Shown: piece after piece, positions 56,401-63,789 of the stretch
How positions within the stretch are numbered: position 1 is the first letter of the stretch
Layout of the letters: every line of letters begins with the position of its first letter
Assembly (NCBI GenBank): GCA_977020255.1
Contig: CDROCS010000162.1
Span: 248,001-312,000, forward strand
Reading direction: 5' to 3'
DNA length: 64,000 nt
DNA from: Obrimoposthia wandeli
Taxonomy: Eukaryota
Notes under the pieces: model-generated
The model's input: only the letters and a program-made list of their open reading frames with translations
What the model was told of the DNA's origin: nothing
Databases searched by the model: none
Translations under genes and position numbers: made by a program

Positions 56401-58114
56401 CTACCACCAAGGATGGATTAGACTGAACAAAATCACATACATATATTTTAAATCAAAATCTTTTACAAGTATAATTAGGTCAAAATTATTTATATTATTG
56501 AATTTATCGAAAAAATATCCATTAAGTCAATTTGATCTGGAATTTAGTGGCTAAATGTGGGTTGACCTCAATCTTTCACTATCCCATATTATTAATACAT
56601 GTTGTGAAAACGAAAAAAAATCTCATCGGTTTTTCGTGTTGGGTTTTTGTTCTATTTTGGTCATCGTGCCATTTCCTGAGCCACTTAAGAATCTTTTCCA
56701 CAAATTTCGTATTATTAATACAGTATTATAACATCAGTATCTTATTATTTCAGCTGGATATAAACTACCTAACATTGTCTACATGGTCGATATACTGGTC
56801 AGTCTGCAAAGTTGCAAAAAATCAAAATTATGTAATTCTGCTAAATATTCTTCGCTTGTCATTAAAATCAACTCGATATGAAGAGTTACTTTTTCCAGTT
56901 TTGAAGAAAATACATCCCAGTTCCTATTAAACTGTATGAATGAAATTATTGTAAGAGTTTTTCATCGGCATGAGAATAGGCCACATCGTAATAGCATTGA
57001 AATTATTTGTCAGATCATTGAATATCCTTTAAAAACAATAAAACGTTTTGAAGAATTACATATTTTATGTCAGTAACCAAAATAATGTTTGGATTAAACT
57101 CAAAAACACAAATTCATCTACGAGATATAAAACTGTCTTACTTATGTTAGAGGGCTTTGGAAGCGGCGGAGGACGCTCACCTGAAAGATACAAATAATTC
57201 ACTTTGATCGAGTTTATAACTAAAACGATGAATTAATAAATTCATATTATATTATTTAATAAATTATAAAAAGAGATTAACAATAAAATAACAAAAATAT
57301 AAATGAGCTTCAAACTTAGACTAAGAAATTGACAAAAATGAATTATTCCTGATTGATAAGCAGAGTGAGCAAAAGAAATCTCACATAAATCCGATTGATT
57401 CATTGTTGGTCTTTCGTCTGAAATCAAAATAAATAAATTCTTTAAAAAAGGATTTGTCAACTTTGAAAACATTTTGTAAACATTATGAAACTGTTCTAAG
57501 AAAACGTTTGTTAAATAGGCCAAATCTTAATAGCATTGAAACTTTTAGACAGATGTTTAAATATGGTGAGAAACATTAAATATATTATTAATCCTGATAT
57601 TTTGTGTAAAGTTAAAAAATGTCTTGATTAGACAGTTATGAATGTTAACAAAATAAATTATCCCTCTGTTCATTCTTAAACACCTGAAGCGCATGAGTTA
57701 CTGGAAAGTGTTCTTAAATATCATATTGATGGGAAATAAATAGTTGTGCTAGATGGACCTCGTTATGACCTTGGTTAAACTGGAATGACACGAGCTGGGG
57801 ATTTGATGGAGATTAGACGGGGGCTTCTGAGTGAATGATATAACACAGAGATCAAATGAAAATTCCGGTATGACCCACTAAATCCCCGGGTAGAGCTCAC
57901 CTGAAACTTCCCAGTGGGATGAGGTTGTTAGTTTATTTATCTCTTGGGCTACATGCAATACAAAAATACAGCTGAAACATCAGAAAATGGAACTTTCACA
58001 ACAGTTTGTCAACTCAACATCGAAGTGTAAATTGTAGAAATTCTAATGAAACCACAAATATCATTATCAACTCACATGTGACAGAGGGTTTCAATGATGA
58101 TTGAGGTCGTTCGC
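9085..58114 (-). CDS. Partial multi-microexon gene: 27 symmetric phase-1 exons, 957 nt, low-complexity P/Q- then S/T/N/Q-rich modular protein
   Basis: Each exon has a pyrimidine-rich YAG acceptor and a GTRAG/GTACG/GTCAG-type donor, length 27-39 nt divisible by 3, and an open frame in phase 1. No stop at any sequential junction. Paralogous exons keep length and splice sites while their flanks diverge. Start and stop exons not located. Confidence 0.82.
9317..9349 (-). CDS. Microexon, 33 nt, xDRMSHQTANT
   Basis: ttatttcag|ATGACCGC...AATACAT|gtgagt; paralogue at 12870-12902. Confidence 0.82.
9651..9686 (-). CDS. Microexon, 36 nt, xTTFNVVTYTLA
   Basis: atacacag|TCACAACA...TTGGCAT|gtaaga; no paralogue seen. 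Confidence 0.55.
10003..10038 (-). CDS. Microexon, 36 nt, xPGTIQQSMNAP
   Basis: aatttcag|GACCTGGC...GCACCAA|gtacga; paralogues at 11424, 14205 and 17660. Confidence 0.82.
10420..11280 (-). mobile_element. Gypsy pol fragment (RT and RNase H), degenerate
   Basis: PFGL...VYLDEILVYS...LKFLGHTI...LRSFIG in ORF 10878-11246; downstream RNase H-like FSAVYEFIMHFKQY and DGLS. Confidence 0.85.
11424..11450 (-). CDS. Microexon, 27 nt, xPGTIQQSM (9-nt in-frame deletion variant of 10003-10038)
   Basis: aatttcag|GACCTGGC...TCAATGA|gtacga, inside a ~210-bp direct repeat (11292-11509 vs 9873-10082). Confidence 0.75.
   Translation of the reverse strand, partial: DLAPFNSQ
12628..12660 (-). CDS. Microexon, 33 nt, xNTNTYKTGNS
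   Basis: ttattccag|ACAACACC...AATTCCA|gtgagt. Confidence 0.82.
12870..12902 (-). CDS. Microexon, 33 nt, xDRMTFQTANT
   Basis: ttatttcag|GTGATCGC...AATACAT|gtgagt. Confidence 0.82.
13239..14020 (-). mobile_element. hAT-superfamily (hATm-like) DNA transposon 3' remnant
   Basis: Terminus TAGGCCGGGTCG at 13239; ORF 13662-13958 carries PCHSQVVEHAVNLVTRAS...SRKKLPIF, resembling the hATm transposase C-terminal motif PCHTQAVERxVKLVTEAS (subfamily from recall). Confidence 0.65.
14205..14240 (-). CDS. Microexon, 36 nt, xADNNEQSTNTP
   Basis: ttatttcag|GAGCCGAC...ACACCGA|gtacgt; diverged paralogue of 10003-10038. Confidence 0.8.
14886..14918 (-). pseudogene. Dead microexon, 33 nt, xITNTFQFRKY, donor GT>GA
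   Basis: tttttcag|ATATTACC...AAATATA|gagagt; positional and peptide paralogue of 9085 and 12628. Confidence 0.6.
17097..17530 (+). mobile_element. Tc1/mariner transposase 3' fragment
   Basis: WPPRSPDLNLMDFYFRGYLKYEVY motif; TIR-like GAGACACCTTATA near 17520. Confidence 0.75.
17660..17695 (-). CDS. Microexon, 36 nt, xTGKTQQSMNTV
   Basis: catttcag|GAACTGGT...ACAGTGG|gtacga; most diverged member of the QQSMN family. Confidence 0.8.
18279..20674 (+). mobile_element. Internally deleted piggyBac element
   Basis: TTAA on both sides (18275-78, 20675-78). TIRs CCCATTCTATACCA / TGGTATTTAATGGG. Subterminal GTCCTATWWTAGGAC palindromes. C-terminal Cys-rich domain RCQ...CKPKTYCVKCKKTLCKFCFPKYH (~18835-18935). 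Confidence 0.8.
19030..20340 (+). mobile_element. hAT-superfamily (hATm-like) remnant nested in the piggyBac
   Basis: QRKKGRRGCMGSVD, LDRNKISDRQATFVLAATAQSLGHD, NDNAER...EQQKQFLLQVVQDNR; terminus GGACCACCCTA at 20340; left end not found. Confidence 0.7.
21250..22400 (-). mobile_element. Possible Penelope-like (GIY-YIG) remnant
   Basis: Weak: RYVGHAERERL at ~21640-21680 resembles the GIY-YIG YVG motif; coding-like but heavily broken. Confidence 0.3.
23615..23653 (-). CDS. Microexon, 39 nt, xNEFQSMNSINTA
   Basis: ttttttaaccag|GGAACGAA...ACAGCAA|gtaagt; shares QSMN with the 36-nt family. Confidence 0.78.
23955..24720 (+). mobile_element. Highly decayed Tc1/mariner element
   Basis: TAAGGTGTGTTCAG terminus-like sequence at ~23957; YDLNPFDSFY*GFMKS at ~24490-24540 resembles SPDLNPLDFFLWGYLKS. 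Confidence 0.45.
25141..25173 (-). CDS. Microexon, 33 nt, xNSRVQKGLNS
   Basis: caatttcag|ACAATAGC...AACTCAA|gtacgt. Confidence 0.72.
27967..27993 (-). CDS. Microexon, 27 nt, xCFSLISNS
   Basis: ttaattttcag|CGTGTTTT...AACTCAA|gtaagt; same AACTCAA end as 25141. Confidence 0.65.
29938..29970 (-). CDS. Microexon, 33 nt, xPQQSRRSTRN
   Basis: ttatttgtag|CACCCCAA...CGAAATA|gtgagt. Confidence 0.72.
31106..31144 (-). CDS. Microexon, 39 nt, xQRLEDDFQSRFI
   Basis: gacctttatag|ATCAAAGA...TTCATTG|gtaaga. Confidence 0.68.
34617..34655 (-). CDS. Microexon, 39 nt, xEQPQQTPKPCET
   Basis: atcattcag|GTGAGCAA...GAAACAA|gtcagt. Confidence 0.8.
34780..36011 (-). mobile_element. Cluster of LTR-like fragments / possible solo LTR
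   Basis: Minus-strand starts TGTCACGGGG (36011), TGTTAAGGCCC (~35005) and TGTCACGGAG (~34880); no TSD or internal domain confirmed. Confidence 0.3.
37798..37836 (-). CDS. Microexon, 39 nt, xELPEAPPKPSET
   Basis: ttttttcag|GTGAGCTA...GAAACAT|gtaagt. Confidence 0.84.
38020..38593 (+). mobile_element. mariner transposase C-terminal remnant with 3' TIR
   Basis: Decayed KKVMITVW, NDNAKSH, HPSYSPDLDPSDFHIF motifs; ends AACAACCTAATA, typical of a mariner TIR. Confidence 0.8.
41030..41068 (-). CDS. Microexon, 39 nt, xEQPQAPPKPSKI
   Basis: tttttatag|GTGAGCAA...AAAATAT|gtgagt. Confidence 0.84.
42754..42786 (-). pseudogene. Dead microexon, 33 nt, xERPTMNQTEL, donor lost
   Basis: ttatttcag|CTGAACGT...GAATTAT|gatagt; peptide paralogue of ERPTMNQSDL exons. 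Confidence 0.65.
43363..43401 (-). CDS. Microexon, 39 nt, xEPLPPPAKPSDI
   Basis: atctttcag|GTGAGCCT...GACATAT|gtgaga. Confidence 0.84.
45023..46682 (-). pseudogene. polB: Protein-primed family B DNA polymerase, N-terminally truncated and frameshifted
   Basis: DIYLLADVFE, GIHGGM, YIDINNLYGWAL, YKLKSNSIFGK, GDTDS, GKFKDE, FLRPKCYS, AKGV across ORFs 45930-46682, 45163-45888 and 45023-45211. Confidence 0.9.
47305..48054 (-). CDS. Spliced Polinton gene of unknown function (4 exons, 208 aa; may originally have been longer)
   Basis: Exons 48054-47839 (72 codons), 47794-47660 (45), 47621-47478 (48), 47436-47305 (43 + stop), joined by AT-rich GT-AG phase-0 introns of 44, 38 and 41 nt. Confidence 0.7.
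48190..48255. repeat. Perfect 66-bp palindrome in right subterminal region of Polinton
   Basis: TCCTTTAAAACCGTGCATGTGTGTGGAGTGAAA followed directly by its exact reverse complement. Confidence 0.95.
48340..48900 (-). mobile_element. hAT transposase C-terminal remnant
   Basis: LSPEHCATR*GKWLEAVSYY and ALIISVEVKMSFSTHPNILSNKRRSLT resemble hAT TRWGTW and dimerisation-domain motifs. Confidence 0.7.
49310..49348 (-). CDS. Microexon, 39 nt, xEQPQSSLIPSFI
   Basis: atattttag|TCGAACAG...TTCATAT|gtgagt; diverged paralogue of 54689 and 58076. Confidence 0.8.
51980..52420 (-). mobile_element. Possible PIF1/Helitron helicase fragment
   Basis: Weak: FLSI*EGNGSGVKLPADML...FYP resembles the Helitron LLxIGxG...LP...YP region; next to a 31-bp tandem array. 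Confidence 0.25.
52499..52730. repeat. 31-bp minisatellite, about 7.5 copies
   Basis: Consensus GACATATTTCCCACTTATTTTTGTAGATATT. Confidence 0.92.
53118..53150 (-). CDS. Microexon, 33 nt, xERPTMIETGL
   Basis: ttttttag|GTGAGCGA...GGATTAA|gtgagt. Confidence 0.82.
53430..53468 (-). CDS. Microexon, 39 nt, xELPPPPPKPSDI
   Basis: atctttcag|GTGAGCTG...GACATAT|gtaaga. Confidence 0.85.
53671..53703 (-). CDS. Microexon, 33 nt, xERPTMNQSDL
   Basis: ttgtttacag|ACGAAAGA...GATTTAT|gtgaga. Confidence 0.84.
54276..54831 (+). repeat. 556-bp near-identical segmental duplicate of 57663-58218
   Basis: Same length and only a few substitutions by eye; contains one microexon; diverged third copy at ~48990-49420. 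Confidence 0.92.
54689..54727 (-). CDS. Microexon, 39 nt, xERPQSSLKPSVT
   Basis: tatatttag|GCGAACGA...GTCACAT|gtgagt. Confidence 0.82.
55032..55064 (-). CDS. Microexon, 33 nt, xERPTMNQSDL
   Basis: ttgttttcag|ACGAAAGA...GATTTAT|gtgaga. Confidence 0.82.
56320..56430. mobile_element. Orphan diverged fragment of the Polinton terminal repeat
   Basis: GAAATTTCACTCCATACACATGTACAGTTTAAAGGA...GGATTAGAC matches 48219-48285. Confidence 0.6.
57142..57180 (-). CDS. Microexon, 39 nt, xERPPPLPKPSNI
   Basis: atctttcag|GTGAGCGT...AACATAA|gtaaga. Confidence 0.85.
   Translation of the reverse strand: MSVLRRFQSPLT
57385..57417 (-). CDS. Microexon, 33 nt, xERPTMNQSDL
   Basis: ttgatttcag|ACGAAAGA...GATTTAT|gtgaga. 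Confidence 0.82.
58076..58114 (-). CDS. Microexon, 39 nt, xERPQSSLKPSVT
   Basis: tatatttag|GCGAACGA...GTCACAT|gtgagt; identical to 54689-54727. Confidence 0.82.
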
Positions 58115-59817
58115 CTAAATATAAAAATATCATACAGCATGAGATGTGCCAGCTTGGTAAAAAGTTGAAATACCCTTAACAGTAAATTTTATTTATATTG
58201 CTCGGGGAAAATCATCGAGGTTTCTCTCGGGAGTAGTCAACCGTTTTAGTGACATTAACCACAGTAGTATATAGTGTCGGTACTAAGACCAAGGAACCAA
58301 GCCTCTGGGGGAAATTCTGTAAACTGTCATTTTTCAACAAAATGTCGTTAAAATGTCTAAATTTTAGACAAAATGTCGTTAAAAATTGTTTAAATTAACT
58401 CAAAATGACTCAAATTTTTTTTACTACTACTTATGTCTGGTATTGTATTGAGGATTTTGAGACTTGACAAATCACGCATACTAAGACAAAGAAACCAAGG
58501 AACCAACCCCCCGGGGGGGACCTTTTACTGCAAAATCTATTTGAGTTAGTTTGTACAAGCAACCCCCGGGGGGAGTACCTTTTACTGCAAAACAATTTTT
58601 GACGTTGTATGCGTGATTTCAAGACCATTTTCAAATATGGCACTAAATATCTTACCGTTTAAAACAAAAGTAGATTTTGAGTAGATTTTAAGTAGATTTT
58701 AAGTAGATTTTAAGTGGCCAAAGTCTCCCTTGTGGAGCTTCCTAAGAGGGGAGCCCTTCATCCGAAGACCGGGCAGCACCTTTGTCAAAGATTATATTTT
58801 ATATTACTTTGGTTTAAAGATTAAAAGAATAATAAAATCAATTAATTATTTATTCATATGACAAATAAAATTAAAATAAAATCAATAAATCATTTATTCA
58901 TGTGATTACAATTCGGTGTCTCATGATGATAGTAGTATTGAATATCTCCCACAACTATTAAATTCATATTATTATTTTTTATTTTAAATAAAAAATTTAC
59001 GTTGATGATATTGGTAAAGTTCTATTATCCTTAATTCGAAAAGTTCTGGAGCACAATATAATGAAAAATATTGAGATGTATATAGTTTAAAAATGTCTTC
59101 TTTAAGGTTAATCCGAAGAGCGCATAACATGTCTAAAGTACTCATAAAGAGTCATAATGGTGAAATGATTTTTAAAACTAAAGTGTTTTGATTATATAAA
59201 AACCTAACTTCAATATAATTGGTCAACTAATCAAAATAATCCTATATAATAAATAAATTGAATAAACACAAAAGTTGTATTAATATATACAAGTGAATAA
59301 ATGAATAACAACAATAACAAAAAATATTTTTTACAACTTTATATTTTGTAGTTGACGTTTTAAGATAAGAAGTTCTAACTTCTCAATTTTCATTTTAAAC
59401 TCTTTAATATCTGTCTGATTCTGTAAGTATCCAATTTGTAAATTTTGAGTTCTTAATATCAAATTTTCAGCTTGTGATACAAAAGATTCCATTATATCGT
59501 TCTAAAAGTTCATAGATTGAAATCTATATTGTGAAATACAGTATGTCATAATATGTTTGTTTGCTATTATTTTCATGTCTTTGGAAATAACAAATTTATT
59601 TGCAAGTGTAAAAAAAAAATTTAATTTATTTAGAAAAGTTTTGTAAAATTCTAACAAATCTAAATTATCAAATTATAAGTTTAAATATTTTATATTTTAT
59701 ATTTCTAAATAAATATCAGATTCTAAAAATGTAAGAAATATTATTTAAATGGTTATTTATCATCTATATATATATATATATATATTTAAAATAAGTCGTT
59801 TAAAATCGTAAAATTTA

Positions 59818-60040
59818 TTAAGAAACTTGATGATACAACCATAAAAAACATAATTGACCACAATTAGTAGTTAGTGGGTTTTGCATACGAGTTTTATTAT
59901 AAAATACATGACGTTTCCCTTGAGTTTGCACATGTCTGATGAGTGCTGATGGATAATAAATTCCTAGAGGATCGAATACGTGTACACTAACACGTCTCAC
60001 GAATAGCGCAATCTAAAAAATTTATTCTACTATAAGTTGT
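59818..60040 (-). pseudogene. Adenain-like cysteine protease, C-terminal part
   Basis: VFDPLG...MQNPLTTNCGQLC resembles the FDSxG...Q...CGxxC catalytic motifs. Confidence 0.75.
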
Positions 60041-60595
60041 ACCTGTTTTTAGTGACATGTTTGCATTAGAAATAATCAATTTTATACCGACATTCATACC
60101 GAGAAGCATATATTTGGGTTGTTCAAAAAAATCCGATCGAATTTAAACCGCACAACTCAAATTCACTAGATTTTTCAATCCACCCTTTTCGTACATTCTC
60201 ATTACTATCATAACCAATTCCATCTGATGAAACACTTTTCGAATCTTTGCTATAATTAAGCATACATTCAATCAAAGCCTTGTGAGTATAATTACTATTT
60301 CCTACTTTAAATAGTGTATAGAAAAAGAAATTTGTTGGTATAAATTTGTCTGCTTCCACCATATCAATATAACTGTGTGTTCCAATATTTTTAAAACTTT
60401 AATTTTCAAATATAACAGAGAATCATTCAAATCTAAATATTCTGTTTCACTCGAATGGATATTAAACTCGATTGTATCAATATTAATACCAGTAATATTA
60501 TTAACCGGGTAAATATTCTCAAAACATCCATTTTCTATAGCAATTTGAGGTAGTGGACAATCAAATAAACACAGTTCAGATTTTTCACATGCCAT
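60040..60595 (-). pseudogene. Major capsid protein (hexon-like), N-terminal part only
   Basis: KSELCLF...IYPV...IEFNI...YLDLNDSLLYLKIKV, PTNFFFYTLF, NYTHKALIECMLNY are typical of the Polinton MCP N-terminus; frameshifted and truncated. Confidence 0.82.
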
Positions 60596-60736
60596 TTCTT
60601 ACTCAAATATGGTTCCTATTTTTCTACGTTTGTTTATACTACCTCTACCTTTTTGTACTTCTTCTTTCATTTCAACAGAAATTTTTGCTAGTCGTTTTCG
60701 ACTTTTCTTTATTGCAGTCATTAGTTGAGTAGCAGC

Positions 60737-60991
60737 TTATGTTGCTTCAGTCAACAAACCTGGTACTTCACTCATTGCATTTGATTTAAGTTCACTCAAA
60801 ATTGGTTTATCGCTCATTACTACATTTATAAGTGTTTTTGCACCAATTCGCCCTAAACGTGATAGTATAGGAAACGCAATTCGTCTCAAAACTTTCAACC
60901 AACCTGAACTATATTGTTTTCCAACAAAGTAGAGTAGTTCACCACCAATTTGGGTTGTACTATACACATCAAATAGAGACATTTTTAACAA
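60737..60991 (-). CDS. Small basic pVII-like core protein
   Basis: Y...QIGG...FVG.QY..G...LRRIAFPIL pattern with a possible adenain cleavage site xxGG|x. Confidence 0.6.
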   Translation of the reverse strand: MLKMSLFDVYSTTQIGGELLYFVGKQYSSGWLKVLRRIAFPILSRLGRIGAKTLINVVMSDKPILSELKSNAMSEVPGLLTEAT

Positions 60992-61059
60992 TTAACATTG
61001 TTTAATTTTGTTTATACATAACTTTTCGGATATGTAGTGTTAAACTAGTTTTGCGTTAT

Positions 61060-62103
61060 GAGCAAAGTTTATCGATATTCCACTATCATACGAATATTTA
61101 CTTCAATATTGGAAATATATGTTGATATTACAGGAAGATACATTGGTTTAATGATTGTAATATTTGCGATATCACCATATTTTTTGTTTTTATCTAACCA
61201 AATTGATTTTAACAATGGTATTTTTACACCACCAACATATATAGACTCTATCAAATTGGTATCAAACTCACATATTAATTGAGGAATACCTTTACCATAA
61301 CCCGTAAATTCTGTTTTATTAAGAACCAGTACAAATGCCATACGATTATTAAACATTATACTTGAAATATTTGATTTTAACTTGAACTTAATGAATTTAT
61401 ATTTTTCAATATAAAACATGCTAAAAATATGATTACATTTAGATATAACGTATTTAATTAATGCATTCAAATCTGTACTATTGAAATCGTTGTCAAACAC
61501 GATTTTTGAATTGATATTTTTCTCTCCTAATTGATAATATTCGAATTTTGTTGATACATATTTATGATACATGGTTTTTTGCGCAGTTAAAATACCATTA
61601 TCATCTGATGCTAAGTAATTTTCATGGTTTAATTGATTATTTAGGAAACCCAATTGATTTTTCGATTTTTTCAATAGTTTTATATACAATATATGTTTAT
61701 TTAAAGATTTTATAACAAGTACATTTTCCATTTTGTCTTCACCATATGTACTATACTCACATTAAAGATTAGCAATGTGTTTTGAGGATTTTATTTCTAC
61801 TTTTGAAATTTTCTTTATAATAAATTTAACAGGTTTATGCTTATCATTATGAATTTCCTTATCTTTAAATTCAACATTTAATGAGACAGTATCGGTTTTC
61901 TTAGCACAAACCGTTTCCTTATACTTTATTTCACTACCCGTGTGTAAAATAACGGGTGTATTACTATAAGTAAATTATGTCAATGCAACTTCCCATTCAC
62001 CTTGAAGTTCTATCGGATTTTCCCAATCAACAATAAATTTCAATGCGGTATTATCAGGTTGAATGTTTGGACAACTATTAGATGGTAACACAATATAGAA
62101 CAT
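61060..62103 (-). pseudogene. Minor capsid protein (penton-like)
   Basis: Starts MFYIVLPSNS...DNT...PIELQGEWEVALT*; ends CEFDTNLIESIYVGGVKIPLLK...PMYLPV...IEVNIR; one internal stop seen. Confidence 0.8.
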
Positions 62104-62109
62104 TTTTAC

Positions 62110-63163
62110 TCTATCTGGTTCGCTTTTATTCATGTTGGTGTTTTATACCCATGCCACTTAACGTAATATTGTTTATTCTTACACCGACCTTTAGATTTAA
62201 TGAATTATTGTATCCTATATACTTTTAGTTTATCAATAACTTGTAATTCTTGCTCATAAAACTTTTCCCCTATCGGACTTTTATCCTCATCTGTGATGTT
62301 ATACATTACAGGGTTTGCATGTTAATTGATTTTTGCTATTTCAAATACTTCATCACTCCAATTATTATCAAAAATTTTAATAAAAGGTGTTGTACTTAGT
62401 CGTGATATCCGAACAAAATCTCCAACTTTGTATTTGGGTTTCTTTATTATTGATTTTTTATAACGAGAAAACCAATCATCAAATGAAATATCAATAGGTT
62501 TTTTACCACCTAAACCGCGATGTGGTGAGTGATTATATGAAATTAACAGTTTAGGTAGTACCTTTACCCATTTCTTTGATCCAATTACAACAAAATGTTT
62601 CTTTAATTTATCTCTTAATGTTCTATTAAATCGTTCAACCAAGACCGCTTTAAAGTGTGAAAACACAGAGTAATGATATACTCCTAATTTATCAAAAGTT
62701 GCTTTAACATGTTTGTTATAAAACTCTTTTCCAGCATCTGTTTGTACATTATTGGGTACAACATCAATCATATTTTTGATGGCAGCATCTATATCTTTAC
62801 CGGATTTTATTTTACTGGTTCAGCACGCTTTTATCTTGTAAATACATCAATACGTGTTAATATACATTTGTAACCGCTATTTATACGCGCATGAGGTATC
62901 ATTTTCATCAAATTCATTTGCCATAAATTATTAGGGCCACTAGTCTTGTACGATCGTGTCGGGAACCTTTTTCGCGTCGGTTTGTTAAGACTGTACGCCA
63001 GTTGATTGCTCAACCATGTTTGAGTTTTCTTTTGGCTCGACTTGGTGTTTGATGATAGAGTTCCAACGCCGCTGTATCCAACACTGGGTCTTCGGGATCG
63101 TACCATATCGTTTCCATTACAACAATTTATTTTTAAATCAAAATTAGGTAAGTTGTTTCCCAT
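62110..63163 (-). pseudogene. Retroviral-like integrase with C-terminal chromo-like motif
   Basis: NLWQMNL, ILTRIDVFTR, VQTDAGKEFYN, VERFNRTL, YNHSPHRG, KYKVGDFVRIS, YYVKWHGY; broken by stops. Confidence 0.9.
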
Positions 63164-63168
63164 ATACT

Positions 63169-63489
63169 TTAAGCAACAGCTCTAGCAAGTAGGGGACCGA
63201 TTAAAGTTGCAACTATCGGTAAAGGTGCAGCAATAAATCCTCCTTTTTGACTTAATACTATTTTCCTTCGACCAGAACCACTTTTTGTATTAACAATATC
63301 AAGTAATACTTTCGTGTGTTTTGTAACTTTCGATTTATGTTTACCGAGATTTACTTTTCCTTTAACTATATTAAACAGAATTTCAACCAATTTATAGATA
63401 ACAAAAGGTGGAAATGAATTGAGAATTCGGACTCTATGTGAACTAGGTGCCTTTAAAAGCGTTTGAAAGTAAGGTAAAACATTTTTCAT
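63169..63489 (-). CDS. pX/mu-like membrane-active core protein precursor
   Basis: C-terminal SQKGGFIAAPLPIVATLIG resembles adenovirus pX RGGFLPALIPIIAAAIG. Confidence 0.6.
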   Translation of the reverse strand: MKNVLPYFQTLLKAPSSHRVRILNSFPPFVIYKLVEILFNIVKGKVNLGKHKSKVTKHTKVLLDIVNTKSGSGRRKIVLSQKGGFIAAPLPIVATLIGPLLARAVA

Positions 63490-63789
63490 TATTATTTAAA
63501 CTGAAAGTACATATATAGTTTATAGTCTTATTAAGAAAATGAATTAAAATTTTCTTTTTGTTTTCCTTTTTATCAATTACAATTCAATTCTTTGTCTTTT
63601 TAACACATTTTTTAACACACTTCTTCTTCTTTTTCTTCTTTTCTTCTTTTTAACACGTTTTTTTGTCAGTTTTTTTTCTTTTTAAAAATTTGATCAGCAT
63701 TTTGACTTCCTTTCAAAACCGTTTTTATCAACTTGTATCAACATAATTAGTTATTTATATTTTTTTGAAATTCATTTTAAAGAAATATT

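Noticed and set aside
9085-58114. Reading the short recurring motifs as a CRISPR-like or prokaryotic repeat-spacer array
   Set aside because: Units are hundreds to thousands of bases apart, carry spliceosomal signals and have no cas genes nearby; the context is eukaryotic TEs.
17445-59790. (TA)n microsatellites near 17450, 41940 and 59770
   Set aside because: Ordinary simple repeats.
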